Position numbers and translations under genes: made by a program. Source: Eledone cirrhosa (Eukaryota). Taken from it: a stretch of DNA of 64,000 nt. The stretch is taken from positions 46,996,001 through 47,060,000 of the forward strand of contig OZ024744.1 in assembly GCA_964016885.1 (NCBI GenBank), written 5' to 3'. Below, in pieces: positions 25,841-40,300 of the stretch. Every line of letters begins with the position of its first letter. The first letter of the stretch is position 1. The notes beneath the pieces are model-generated. The model was not told where the DNA came from. It worked only from the letters and a program-made list of their open reading frames with translations, and made no database searches.

Positions 25841-28800
25841 TCCACTTTACAGTGTGGGCTGGGTGCTTTTTGCTGTGTCTTTCACATGTCCACTTTACAG
25901 TGTGGGCTGGGTGCTTTTTGCTGTGTCTTTCACATATCCATTTTACAGTGTGGGCTGGGTGCTTTTTGCTGAGTCTTTCACACGTCCACTTTACAGTGTG
26001 GGCTGGGTGCTCTTTGCTGTGTCTTTCACACGTCCACTTTACAGTGTGGGCTGGGTGCTTTTGCTGTGTCTTTCACATGTCCACTTTACAATGTGGGCTG
26101 GGTGCTTTTTGCTGTGTCTTTCAGATGTCCACTTTACAATGTGAGCTGGGTGCTTTTTGCTGTGTCTTTCACATGTCCACTTTACAGTGTGGGCTGGGTG
26201 CTTGTTGCTGTGTCTTTCTCACGTCCACTTTACAGTGTGGGCTGGGTGCTTTTTGCTGTGTCTTTCACATGTCCACTTTACAGTGTGGGCTGGGTGCTTT
26301 TTTCAGTGTCTTTCACACGTCCACTTTACAGTGTGGGCTGGGTGCTTTTTGCTGTGTCTTTCTCACGTCCACTTTACAGTGTGGGCTGGGTGCTTTTTGC
26401 TGTGTCTTTCACATGTCCACTTTACAGTGTGGACTGGGTGCTTTTTGCAGTGTCTTTCACACGTCCACTTTACAGTGTGGGCTGGGTGCTTTTTGCTGTG
26501 TCTTTCACATGTCCACTTTACAGTGTGGGCTGGGTGCTTTTTACTGTGTCTTTCACATGTCCACTTTACAGTGTGGGCTGGGTGCTTTTTGCTGTGTCTT
26601 TCACATGTCCACTTTACAGTGTGGGCTGGGTGCTTTTGCTGTGTCTTTCACGTGTCCACTTTACAGTGTGGGCTGGGTGCTTTTTGCTGTGTCTTTTACA
26701 TGTCCACTTCACAGTGTGGGCTGGGTGCTTTTTGCTGTGTCTTTCACATGTCCACTTTACAGTGTGGGCTGGGTGCTTTTGCTGTGTCTTTCACATGTCC
26801 ACTTTACAGTGTGGGCTGGGTGCTTTTTGCTGTGTCTTTCACATGTCCACTTTACAATGTGAGCTGGGTGCATTTTGCTGTGTCTTTCACATGTCCACTT
26901 TACAGTGTGGGCTGGGTGATTGTTGCTGCGTCTTTCTCACGTCCACTTTACAGTGTGGGCTGTGTGCTTTTTGCTGTGTCTTTCACATGTCCACTTTACA
27001 GTGTGGGCTGGGTGCTTTTTTCAGTGTCTTTCACACGTCCACTTTACAGTGTGGGCTGGGTGCTTTTTGCTGTGTCTTTCACATGTCCACTTTACAGTGT
27101 GGGCTGGGTGATTTTTGCTGTGTCTTTCACATGTCCACTTTACATTGTGGGCTGGGTGCTTTTTGCAGTGTCTTTCACACGTCCACTTTACAGTGTGGGC
27201 TGGGTGCTTTTTGCTGTGTCTTTCACACGTCCACTTTATAGTGTGGGCTGGGTGCTTTTTGCTGTGTCTTTCACATGTCCACTTTACAGTGTGGGCTGGG
27301 TGCTTTTTGCTGTGTCTTTCACATGTCCACTTTACAATGTGCGCCGGGTGCTTTTTGCTGTGACTTTCACATGTCCACTTTACAGTGTGGGCTGGGTGCT
27401 TGTTGCTGTGTCTTTCTCACGTCCACTTTACAGTGTGGGCTGGGTGCTTTTTGCTGTGTCTTTCACATGTCCACTTTACAGTGTGGGCTGGGTGCTTTTT
27501 TCAGTGTCTTTCACACGTCCACTTTACAGTGTGGGCTGGGTGCTTGTTGCTGTGTCTTTCACATGTCCACTTTACAGTGTGGACTGGGTGCTTTTTGCAG
27601 TGTCTTTCACAGGTCCACTTTACAGTGTGGGCTGGGTGCTTTTTGCTGTGTCTTTCACATGTCCACTTTACAATGTGGGCTGGGTGCTTTTTACTGTGTC
27701 TTTCACATGACCACTTTACAGTGTGGGCTGGGTGCTTTTTGCTGTGTCTTTCACATGTCCACTTTATAGTGTGGGCTGGGTGCTTTTTGCTGTGTCTTTC
27801 ACATGTCCAATTTACAGTGTAGGCTGGGTGCTTTTTGCAGTGTCTTTCACACGTCCACTTTACAGTGTGGGCTGGGTGCTTTTTTCAGTGTCTTTCACAC
27901 GTCCACTTTACAGTGTGGGCTGGGTGCTTGTTGCTGTGTCTTTCTCACGTCCACTTTACAGTGTGGGCTGGGTGCTTTTTGCTGTGTCTTTCACATGTCC
28001 ACTTTACAGTGTGGACTGGGTGCTTTTTGCAGTGTCTTTCACACGTCCACTTTACAGTGTGGGCTGGGTGCTTTTTGCTGTGTCTTTCACATGTCCACTT
28101 TACAGTGTGGGCTGGGTGCTTTTTACTGTGTCTTTCACATGTCCACTTTACAGTGTGGGCTGGGTGCTTTTTGCTGTGTCTTTCACATGTCCACTTTACA
28201 GTGTGGGCTGGGTGCTTTTTGCTGTGTCTTTCACATGTCCAATTTACAGTGTAGGCTGGGTGCTTTTTGCAGTGTCTTTCACACGTCCACTTTACAGTGT
28301 GGGCTGGGTGCTTTTTGCTGTGTCTTTCACACGTCCACTTTACAGTGTAGGCTGGGTGCTTTTTGCTGTATCTTTCACATGTCCACTTTACAGTGTGGGC
28401 TGGGTGCTTTTTGCTGTGTCTTTTACATGTCCACTTCACAGTGTGGGCTGGGTGCTTTTTGCTGTGTCTTTCAAATGGCCACTTTACAGTGTGGGCTGGG
28501 TGCTTTTGCTGTGTCTTTCACATGTCCACTTTACAGTGTGGGCTGGGTGCTTTTTGCTGTGTCTTTCACATGTCCACTTTACAATGTGAGCTGGGTGCAT
28601 TTTGCTGTGTCTTTCACATGTCCACTTTACAGTGTGGGCTGGGTGATTGTTGCTGTGTCTTTCTCACGTCCACTTTACAGTGTGGGCTGGGTGCTTTTTG
28701 CTGTGTCTTTCACATGTCCACTTTACAGTGTGGGCTGGGTGCTTTTTGCTGTGTCTTTCACATGTCCAATTTACAGTGTAGGCTGGGTGCTTTTTGCAGT

Positions 28801-31375
28801 GTCTTTCACACGTCCACTTTACAGTGTGGGCTGGGTGCTTTTTGCTGTGTCTTTCTCACGTCCACTTTACAGTGTGGGCTGGGTGCTTTTTGCTGTGTCT
28901 TTCACATGTCCGCTTTACAGTGTGGGCTGGGTGCTTTTTTCAGTGTCTTTCACACGTCCACTTTACAGTGTGGGCTGGGTGCTTGTTGCTGTGTCTTTCT
29001 CACGTCCACTTTACAGTGTGGGCTGGGTGCTTTTTGCTGTGTCTTTGACATGTCCACTTTACAGTGTGGACTGGGTGCTTTTTGCTGTGTCTTTCACATG
29101 TCCAATTTACAGTGTAGGCTGGGTGCTTTTTGCAGTGTCTTTCACACGTCCACTTTACAGTGTGGGCTGGGTGCTTTTTGCTGTGTCTTTCACACGTCCA
29201 CTTTACAGTGTAGGCTGGGTGCTTTTTGCTGTGTCTTTCACATGTCCACTTTACAGTGTGGGCTGGGTGCTTTTTGCTGTGTCTTTTACATGTCCACTTC
29301 ACAGTGTGGGCTGGGTGCTTTTTGCTGTGTCTTTCACATGTCCACTTTACAGTGTGGGCTGGGTTCTTTTGCTGTGTCTTTCACATGTCCACTTTACAGT
29401 GTGGGCTGGGTGCTTTTTGCTGTGTCTTTCACATGTCCACTTTACAATGTGAGCTGGGTGCATTTTGCTGTGTCTTTCACATGTCCACTTTACAGTGTGG
29501 GCTGGGTGCTTTTTGCTGTGTCTTTTACATGTCCACTTCACAGTGTGGGCTGGGTGCTTTTTGCTGTGTCTTTCACATGTCCACTTTACAGTGTGGGCTG
29601 GGTGATTGTTGCTGTGTCATTCTCACGTCCACTTTACAGTGTGGGCTGGGTGCTTTTTGCTGTGTCTTTCACATGTCCACTTTACAGTGTGGGCTGGGTG
29701 ATTTTTGCTGTCTTTCACATGTCCACTTTACATTGTGGGCTGGGTGCTTTTTGCAGTGTCTTTCACACGTCCACTTTACAGTGTGGGCTGGGTGCTTTTT
29801 GCTGTGTCTTTCACACGTCCACTTTATAGTGTTGGCTGGGTGCTTTTTGCTGTGTCTTTCACATGTCCACTTTACAGTGTGGGCTGGGTGCTTTTTGCTG
29901 TGTCTTTCACATGTCACTTTACAATGTGCGCCGGGTGCTTTTTGCTGTGACTTTCACATGTCCACTTTACAGTGTGGGCTGGGTGCTTGTTGCTGTGTCG
30001 TTCTCACGTCCACTTTACAGTGTGTGCTGGGTGCTTTTTGCTTTGTCTTTCACACGTCAACTTTACAGTGTGGGCTGGGTGCTTTTTGCTGTGTCTTTCA
30101 CATGTCCACTTTACAGTGTGGGCTGTGTGCTTTTTGCAGTGTCTTTCACACGTTAACTTTACAGTGTGGGCTGGGTGCTTTTTGCTGTGTCTTTCACATG
30201 TCCACTTTACAGTGTGGGCTGGGTGCTTTTTGCTGTGTCTTTTACATGTCCACTTCACAGTGTGGGCTGGGTGCTTTTTGCTGTGTCTTTCACATGTCCA
30301 CTTTACAGTGTGGGCTGGGTGCTTGTTGCTGTGTCTTTCTCACGTCCACTTTACAGTGTGGGCTGGGTGCTTTTTGCTGTGTCTTTCACATGTCCACTTT
30401 ACAGTGTGGACTGGGTGCTTTTTGCAGTGTCTTTCACACGTCCACTTTACAGTGTGGGCTGGGTGCTTTTTGCTGTGTCTTTCACATGTCCACTTTACAG
30501 TGTGGGCTGGGTGCTTTTTACTGTGTCTTTCACATGTCCACTTTACAGTGTGGGCTGGGTGCTTTTTGCTGTGTCTTTCACATGTCCACTTTACAGTGTG
30601 AGCTGGGTGCTTGTTGCTGTGTCTTTCTCACGTCCACTTTACAGTGTGGGCTGGGTGCTTTTTGCTGTGTCTTTCACATGTCCACTTTACAGTGTGGGCT
30701 GGGTGCTTTTTTCAGTGTCTTTCACACGTCCACTTTACAGTGTGGGCTGGGTGCTTGTTGCTGTGTCTTTCTCACGTCCACTTTACAGTGTGGGCTGGGT
30801 GCATTTTGCTGTGTCTTTCACATGTCCACTTTACAGTGTGGACTGGGTGCTTTTTTCAGTGTCTTTCACACGTCCACTTTACAGTGTGGGTTGGGTGCTT
30901 TTTGCTGTCTTTCACATGTCCACTTTACAGTGTGGGCTGGGTGCTTTTTACTGTGTCTTTCACATGTCCACTTCACAGTGTGGGCTGGGTGCTTTTTGCT
31001 GTGTCTTTCACATGTCCACTTTACAATGTGGGCTGGGTGCTTTTTGCTGTGTCTTTTACATGTCCACTTTACAATGTGGGCTGGGTGCTTTTTGCTGTGT
31101 CTTTCACATGTCCACTCTACAGTGTGGGCTGGGCGCTTTTTGCAGTGTCTTTCACACGTCAACTTTACAGTGTGGGCTGCGTGTTTTCACTGTGTCTTTC
31201 ACATGTCCACTTTACAGTGTGGGCTGGGTGCTTTTTGCTGTGTCTTTCACATGTCCACTATACAGTGTGGGCTGGGTGATTTTTGCTGTGTCTTTCACAT
31301 GTACACTTTACAGTGTGGGCTGGGTGCTTTTTGCAGTGTCTTTCACACGTCCACTTTACAGTGTGGGCTGGGTGC

Positions 31376-34300
31376 TTTTTGCTGTGTCTTTCACACGTCC
31401 ACTTTATAGTGTGGGCTGGGTGCTTTTTGCTGTCTTTCACATGTCCACTTTACAGTGTGGGCTGGGTGCTTTTTGCTGTGTCTTTCACATGTCCACTTTA
31501 CAATGTGCGCCCGGTGCTTTTTGCTGTGTCTTTCACATGTCCACTTTACAGTGTGGGCTGGGTGCTTGTTGCTGTGTCTTTCTCACGTCCAATTTAAAGT
31601 GTGGTCTGGGTGCTTTTTGCTTTGTCTTTCACACGTCAACTTTACAGTGTGTGCTGGGTGCTTTTTGCTGTGTCTTTCACATGTACACTTTACAGTGTGG
31701 GCTGTGTGCTTTTTGCAGTGACTTTCACACGTCAACTTTACAGTGTGGGCTGGGTGCTTTTTGCTGTGTCTTTCACACGTCAACTTTACAGTATGGGCTG
31801 GGTGCTTTTTGCTGTGTCTTTCACGTATCCACTTTACAGTGTGGGCTGTGTACTTTTTGCAGTGTCTTTCACACGTCCACTTTACAGTGTGGGCTGGGTG
31901 ATTTTTGCTGTGTCTTTCACATGTCCACTTTACAGTGTGGGCTGGGTGCTTTTTGCAGTGTCTTTCACACGTCCACTTTACAGTGTGGGCTGGGTGCTTT
32001 TTGCTGTGTCTTTTACATGTCCACTTTAGAGTGTGGGCTGGGTGCTTTTTGCTGTGTCTTTCACATATCCACTTTACAGTGTGGGCTGGGTGCTTTTTGC
32101 TGAGTCTTTCACACGTCCACTTTACAGTGTGGGCTGGGTGCTTTTTGCTGTGTCTTTCACACGTCCACTTTACAGTGTGGGCTGGGTGCTTTTTGCTGTG
32201 TCTTTCACATGTCCACTTTACAATGTGGGCTGGGTGCTTTTTGCTGTGTCTTTCACATGTCCACTTTACAGTGTGGGCTGGGTGCTTTTTGCTGTGTCTT
32301 TCACATGTCCACTTTATAGTGTGGGCTGGGTGCTTTTTGCAGTGTCTTTCACACGTCCACTTTACAATGTGGGCTGGGTACTTTTTGCTGTGTCTTTCAC
32401 ATGTCCACTTTACAGTGTGGGCTGGGTGCTTTTTGCTGTGTCTTTCACATGTCCACTTTACAGTGTGGGCTGGGTGCTTGTTGCTGTGTCTTTCTCACGT
32501 CCACTTTACAGTGTGGGCTGGGTGCCTTTTGCTGTGTCTTTCACATGTCCACTTTACAGAGTGGGCTGGGTGCTTTTTTCAGTGTCTTTCACACGTCCAC
32601 TTTACAGTGTGGGCTGGGTGCTTTTTGCTGTGTCTTTCACATGTCCACTTCACAGTGTGGGCTGGGTGCTTTTTGCTGTGTCTTTCACATGTCCACTTTA
32701 AAATGTGGGCTGGGTGCTTTTTGCTGTGTCTTTCACATGTCCACTTTACAATGTGGGCTGGGTGCTTTTTGCTGTGTCTTTCACATATCCACTTTACAGT
32801 GTGGGCTGGGTGCTTTTTGCTGTGTCTTTCACATGTCCACTTTACAGTGTGGGCTGGGTCATTTTTGCTGTGTCTTTCACATGTCCACTTTACAGTGTGG
32901 GCTGGGTGCTTTTTACAGTGTCTTTCACACGTCCACTTTACAGTGTGGGCTGGGTGCTTTTTGCTGTGTCTTTCACACGTCCACTTTATAGTGTGGGCTG
33001 GGTGCTTTTTGCTGTGTCTTTCACAAGTCCACTTTACATTGTGGGCTGGGTGCTTTTTGCTGTGTCCACTTTACAATGTGCGCCGGGTGCTTTTTGCTGT
33101 GTCTTTCACATGTCCACTTTACAGTGTGGGCTGGGTGCTTGTTGCTGTGTGTTTCTCACGTCCAATTTACAGTGTGGGCTGGGTGCTTTTTGCTTTGTCT
33201 TTCACACGTCAACTTTACAGTGTGGGCTGGGTGCTTTTTGCTGTGTCTTTCACATGTACACTTTACAGTGTGGGCTGTGTGCTTTTTGCAGTGTCTTTCA
33301 CACGTCAACTTTACAGTGTGGGCTGGGTGCTTTTTGCTGTGTCTTTCACACGTCAACTTTACAGTGTGGGCTGGGTGCTTTTTGCTGTGTCTTTCACATA
33401 TCCACTTTACAGTGTGGGCTGTGTGCTTTTTGCAGTGTCTTTCACACGTCCACTTTACAGTGTGGGCTGGGTGATTTTTGCTGTGTCTTTCACGCGTCCA
33501 CTTTACAGTGTGGGCTGGGTGCTTTTTGCTGTGTCTTTCACATATCAACTTTACAGTGTGGGCTGTGTGCTTTTTGCAGTGTCTTTCACACGTCCACTTT
33601 ACAGTCTGGGCTGTGTGCTTTTTGCAGTGTCTTTCACACGTCCACTTTACAGTGTGGGCTGGGTACTTTTTGCTGTGTCTTTCACATGTCCACTTTACAG
33701 TGTGGGCTGGGTGCTTTTTGCTGTGTCTTTCACATATCCACTTTAGAGTGTGGGTTGGGTGCTTTTTGCTGAGTCTTTCACACGTCCACTTTACAATGTG
33801 GGCTGGGTGCTTTTTGCTGTGTCTTTCACACGTCCACTTTGCAGTGTGGGCTGGGTGCTTTTTGCTGTGTCTTTCACATGTCCACTTTACAATGTGGGCT
33901 GGGTGCTTTTTGCTGTGTCTTTCACATGTCCACTTTACAGTGTGGGCTGGGTGCTTTTTGCTGAGTCTTTCACACATCCACTTTACAATGTGGGCTGGGT
34001 GCTTTTTGCTGTGTCTTTCACACGTCCACTTTACAGTGTGGTCTGGGTGCTTTTTGCTGTGTCTTTCACATGTCCACTTTACAGTGTGGGCTGGGTGGTT
34101 TTTGCTGTGTCTTTCACATGTCCACTTTATAGTGTGGGCGGGGTGCTTTTTGCTGTGTCTTTCACACGTCCAATTTACAGTTTGGGCTGGGTGCTTTTTG
34201 CTGTGTCTTTCACATGTCCACCTTACAGTGTGGGCTGGGTGCTTTTTGCTGTGTCTTTCACATGTCCAATTTACAGTGTGGGCTGGGTGCTTGTTGTTGT

Positions 34301-37300
34301 GTCTTTCTCACGTCCACTTTACAGTGTGGGCTGGGTGATTTTTGCTGTGTCTTTCACATGTCCACTTTACAGTGTGGGCTGGGTGCTTTTTGCAGTGTCT
34401 TTCACACGTCCACTTTACAGTGTGGGCTGGGTGCTTTTTGCTGTGTCTTTTACATGTCCACTTTAGAGTGTGGGCTGGGTGCTTTTTGCTGTGTCTTTCA
34501 CATATCCACTTTACAGTGTGGGCTGGGTGCTTTTTGCTGAGTCTTTCACACGTCCACTTTACAGTGTGGGCTGGGTGCTTTTTGCTGTGTCTTTCACACG
34601 TCCACTTTACAGTGTGGGCTGGGTGCTTTTTGCTGTGTCTTTCACATGTCCACTTTACAATGTGGGCTGGGTGCTTTTTGCTGTGTCTTTCACATGTCCA
34701 CTTTACAGTGTGGGCTGGGTGCTTTTTGCTGTGTCTTTCACATGTCCACTTTATAGTGTGGGCTGGGTGCTTTTTGCAGTGTCTTTCACACGTCCACTTT
34801 ACAATGTGGGCTGGGTACTTTTTGCTGTGTCTTTCACATGTCCACTTTACAGTGTGGGCTGGGTGCTTTTTGCTGTGTCTTTCACATGTCCACTTTACAG
34901 TGTGGGCTGGGTGCTTGTTGCTGTGTCTTTCTCACGTCCACTTTACAGTGTGGGCTGGGTGCCTTTTGCTGTGTCTTTCACATGTCCACTTTACAGAGTG
35001 GGCTGGGTGCTTTTTTCAGTGTCTTTCACACGTCCACTTTACAGTGTGGGCTGGGTGCTTTTTGCTGTGTCTTTCACATGTCCACTTCACAGTGTGGGCT
35101 GGGTGCTTTTTGCTGTGTCTTTCACATGTCCACTTTAAAATGTGGGCTGGGTGCTTTTTGCTGTGTCTTTCACATGTCCACTTTACAATGTGGGCTGGGT
35201 GCTTTTTGCTGTGTCTTTCACATATCCACTTTACAGTGTGGGCTGGGTGCTTTTTGCTGTGTCTTTCACATGTCCACTTTACAGTGTGGGCTGGGTCATT
35301 TTTGCTGTGTCTTTCACATGTCCACTTTACAGTGTGGGCTGGGTGCTTTTTACAGTGTCTTTCACACGTCCACTTTACAGTGTGGGCTGGGTGCTTTTTG
35401 CTGTGTCTTTCACACGTCCACTTTATAGTGTGGGCTGGGTGCTTTTTGCTGTGTCTTTCACAAGTCCACTTTACATTGTGGGCTGGGTGCTTTTTGCTGT
35501 GTCCACTTTACAATGTGCGCCGGGTGCTTTTTGCTGTGTCTTTCACATGTCCACTTTACAGTGTGGGCTGGGTGCTTGTTGCTGTGTGTTTCTCACGTCC
35601 AATTTACAGTGTGGGCTGGGTGCTTTTTGCTTTGTCTTTCACACGTCAACTTTACAGTGTGGGCTGGGTGCTTTTTGCTGTGTCTTTCACATGTACACTT
35701 TACAGTGTGGGCTGTGTGCTTTTTGCAGTGTCTTTCACACGTCAACTTTACAGTGTGGGCTGGGTGCTTTTTGCTGTGTCTTTCACACGTCAACTTTACA
35801 GTGTGGGCTGGGTGCTTTTTGCTGTGTCTTTCACATATCCACTTTACAGTGTGGGCTGTGTGCTTTTTGCAGTGTCTTTCACACGTCCACTTTACAGTGT
35901 GGGCTGGGTGATTTTTGCTGTGTCTTTCACGCGTCCACTTTACAGTGTGGGCTGGGTGCTTTTTGCTGTGTCTTTCACATATCAACTTTACAGTGTGGGC
36001 TGTGTGCTTTTTGCAGTGTCTTTCACACGTCCACTTTACAGTCTGGGCTGTGTGCTTTTTGCAGTGTCTTTCACACGTCCACTTTACAGTGTGGGCTGGG
36101 TACTTTTTGCTGTGTCTTTCACATGTCCACTTTACAGTGTGGGCTGGGTGCTTTTTGCTGTGTCTTTCACATATCCACTTTAGAGTGTGGGTTGGGTGCT
36201 TTTTGCTGAGTCTTTCACACGTCCACTTTACAATGTGGGCTGGGTGCTTTTTGCTGTGTCTTTCACACGTCCACTTTACAGTGTGGGCTGGGTGCTTTTT
36301 GCTGTGTCTTTCACATGTCCACTTTACAATGTGGGCTGGGTGCTTTTTGCTGTGTCTTTCACATGTCCACTTTACAGTGTGGGCTGGGTGCTTTTTGCTG
36401 AGTCTTTCACACATCCACTTTACAATGTGGGCTGGGTGCTTTTTGCTGTGTCTTTCACACGTCCACTTTACAGTGTGGTCTGGGTGCTTTTTGCTGTGTC
36501 TTTCACATGTCCACTTTACAGTGTGGGCTGGGTGGTTTTTGCTGTGTCTTTCACATGTCCACTTTATAGTGTGGGCGGGGTGCTTTTTGCTGTGTCTTTC
36601 ACACGTCCAATTTACAGTTTGGGCTGGGTGCTTTTTGCTGTGTCTTTCACATGTCCACCTTACAGTGTGGGCTGGGTGCTTTTTGCTGTGTCTTTCACAT
36701 GTCCAATTTACAGTGTGGGCTGGGTGCTTGTTGTTGTGTCTTTCTCACGTCCACTTTACAGTGTGGGCTGGGTGCTTTTTGCTGTGTCTTTCACATGTCC
36801 ACTTTACAGTGTGGACTGGGTGCTTTTTGCAGTGTCTTTCACAGGTCCACTTTACAGTGTGGGCTGGGTGCTTTTTGCTGTGTCTTTCACATGTCCACTT
36901 TACAGTGTGGGCTGGGTGCTTTTTACTGTGTCTTTCACATGTCCACTTTACAGTGTGGGCTGGGTGCTTTTTGCTGTGTCTTTCACATGTCCACTTTACA
37001 GTGTGGGCTGGGTGCTTTTTGCTGTGTCTTTCACATGTCCACTTTACAGTGTGGGCTGGGTGCTTTTTGCAGTGTCTTTCACATGTCCACTTTACAGTGT
37101 GGGCTGGGTGCTTTTTGCTGTGTCTTTCACATGTCCACTTTACAGTGTGGGCTGGGTGCTTTTTGCTGTCTTTCACATGTCCACTTTATAGTGTGGGCTG
37201 GGTGCTTTTTGCAGTGTCTTTCACACGTCCACTTTACAATGTGGGCTGGGTGCTTTTTGCTGTGTCTTTCACATGTCCACTTTACAGTGTGGGCTGGGTG

Positions 37301-40300
37301 CTTTTTGCTGTTTCTTTCACATGTCCACTTTACAGTGTGGGCTGGGTGCTTGTTGCTGTGTCTTTCTCACGTCCACTTTACAGTGTGGGCTGGGTGCTTT
37401 TTGCTGTGTCTTTCACATGTCCACTTTACAGTGTGGGCTGGGTGCTTTTTGCTGTGTCTTTCACATGTCCACTTCACAGTGTGGGCTGGGTGCTTTTTGC
37501 TGTGTCTTTCACATGTCCACTTTAAAATGTGGGCTGGGTGCTTTTTGCTGTGTCTTTCACATGTCCACTTTACAATGTGGGCTGGGTGCTTTTTGCTGTG
37601 TCTTTCACATATCCACTTTACAGTGTGGGCTGGGTGCTTTTTGCTGTGTCTTTCACATGTCCACTTTACAGTGTGGGCTGGGTCATTTTTGCTGTGTCTT
37701 TCACATGTCCACTTTACAGTGTGGGCTGGGTGCTTTTTACAGTGTCTTTCACACGTCCACTTTACAGTGTGGGCTGGGTGCTTTTTGCTGTGTCTTTCAC
37801 ACGTCCACTTTATAGTGTGGGTTGGGTGCTTTTTGCTGTGTCTTTCACAAGTCCACTTTACATTGTGGGCTGGGTGCTTTTTGCTGTGTCTTTCGCATGT
37901 CCACTTTACGATGTGCGCCGGGTGCTTTTTGCTGTGTCTTTCACATGTCCACTTTACAGTGTGGGCTGGGTGCTTGTTGCTGTGTGTTTCTCACGTCCAA
38001 TTTACAGTGTGGGCTGGGTGCTTTTTGCTTTGTCTTTCACACGTCAACTTTACAGTGTGGGCTGGGTGCTTTTTGCTGTGGCTTTCACATGTACACTTTA
38101 CAGTGTGGGCTGTGTGCTTTTTGCAGTGTCTTTCACACGTCAACTTTACAGTGTGGGCTGTGTGCTTTTTGCAGTGTCTTTCACACGTCCACTTTACAGT
38201 GTGGGCTAGGTGATTTTTGCTGTGTCTTTCACACGTCCACTTTATAGTGTGGGCTGGGTGCTTTTTGCTGTCTTTCACATGTCCACTTTACAGTGTGGGC
38301 TGGGTGCTTTTTGCTGTGTCTTTCACATGTCCACTTTACAATGTGCGCCCGGTGCTTTTTGCTGTGTCTTTCACATGTCCACTTTACAGTGTGGGCTGGG
38401 TGCTTGTTGCTGTGTCTTTCTCACGTCCAATTTAAAGTGTGGTCTGGGTGCTTTTTGCTTTGTCTTTCACACGTCAACTTTACAGTGTGTGCTGGGTGCT
38501 TTTTGCTGTGTCTTTCACATGTACACTTTACAGTGTGGGCTGTGTGCTTTTTGCAGTGACTTTCACACGTCAACTTTACAGTGTGGGCTGGGTGCTTTTT
38601 GCTGTGTCTTTCACACGTCAACTTTACAGTATGGGCTGGGTGCTTTTTGCTGTGTCTTTCACGTATCCACTTTACAGTGTGGGCTGTGTACTTTTTGCAG
38701 TGTCTTTCACACGTCCACTTTACAGTGTGGGCTGGGTGATTTTTGCTGTGTCTTTCACATGTCCACTTTACAGTGTGGGCTGGGTGCTTTTTGCAGTGTC
38801 TTTCACACGTCCACTTTACAGTGTGGGCTGGGTGCTTTTTGCTGTGTCTTTTACATGTCCACTTTAGAGTGTGGGCTGGGTGCTTTTTGCTGTGTCTTTC
38901 ACATATCCACTTTACAGTGTGGGCTGGGTGCTTTTTGCTGAGTCTTTCACACGTCCACTTTACAGTGTGGGCTGGGTGCTTTTTGCTGTGTCTTTCACAC
39001 GTCCACTTTACAGTGTGGGCTGGGTGCTTTTTGCTGTGTCTTTCACATGTCCACTTTACAATGTGGGCTGGGTGCTTTTTGCTGTGTCTTTCACATGTCC
39101 ACTTTACAGTGTGGGCTGGGTGCTTTTTGCTGTGTCTTTCACATGTCCACTTTATAGTGTGGGCTGGGTGCTTTTTGCAGTGTCTTTCACACGTCCACTT
39201 TACAATGTGGGCTGGGTACTTTTTGCTGTGTCTTTCACATGTCCACTTTACAGTGTGGGCTGGGTGCTTTTTGCTGTGTCTTTCACATGTCCACTTTACA
39301 GTGTGGGCTGGGTGCTTGTTGCTGTGTCTTTCTCACGTCCACTTTACAGTGTGGGCTGGGTGCCTTTTGCTGTGTCTTTCACATGTCCACTTTACAGAGT
39401 GGGCTGGGTGCTTTTTTCAGTGTCTTTCACACGTCCACTTTACAGTGTGGGCTGGGTGCTTTTTGCTGTGTCTTTCACATGTCCACTTCACAGTGTGGGC
39501 TGGGTGCTTTTTGCTGTGTCTTTCACATGTCCACTTTAAAATGTGGGCTGGGTGCTTTTTGCTGTGTCTTTCACATGTCCACTTTACAATGTGGGCTGGG
39601 TGCTTTTTGCTGTGTCTTTCACATATCCACTTTACAGTGTGGGCTGGGTGCTTTTTGCTGTGTCTTTCACATGTCCACTTTACAGTGTGGGCTGGGTCAT
39701 TTTTGCTGTGTCTTTCACATGTCCACTTTACAGTGTGGGCTGGGTGCTTTTTACAGTGTCTTTCACACGTCCACTTTACAGTGTGGGCTGGGTGCTTTTT
39801 GCTGTGTCTTTCACACGTCCACTTTATAGTGTGGGCTGGGTGCTTTTTGCTGTGTCTTTCACAAGTCCACTTTACATTGTGGGCTGGGTGCTTTTTGCTG
39901 TGTCCACTTTACAATGTGCGCCGGGTGCTTTTTGCTGTGTCTTTCACATGTCCACTTTACAGTGTGGGCTGGGTGCTTGTTGCTGTGTGTTTCTCACGTC
40001 CAATTTACAGTGTGGGCTGGGTGCTTTTTGCTTTGTCTTTCACACGTCAACTTTACAGTGTGGGCTGGGTGCTTTTTGCTGTGTCTTTCACATGTACACT
40101 TTACAGTGTGGGCTGTGTGCTTTTTGCAGTGTCTTTCACACGTCAACTTTACAGTGTGGGCTGGGTGCTTTTTGCTGTGTCTTTCACACGTCAACTTTAC
40201 AGTGTGGGCTGGGTGCTTTTTGCTGTGTCTTTCACATATCCACTTTACAGTGTGGGCTGTGTGCTTTTTGCAGTGTCTTTCACACGTCCACTTTACAGTG

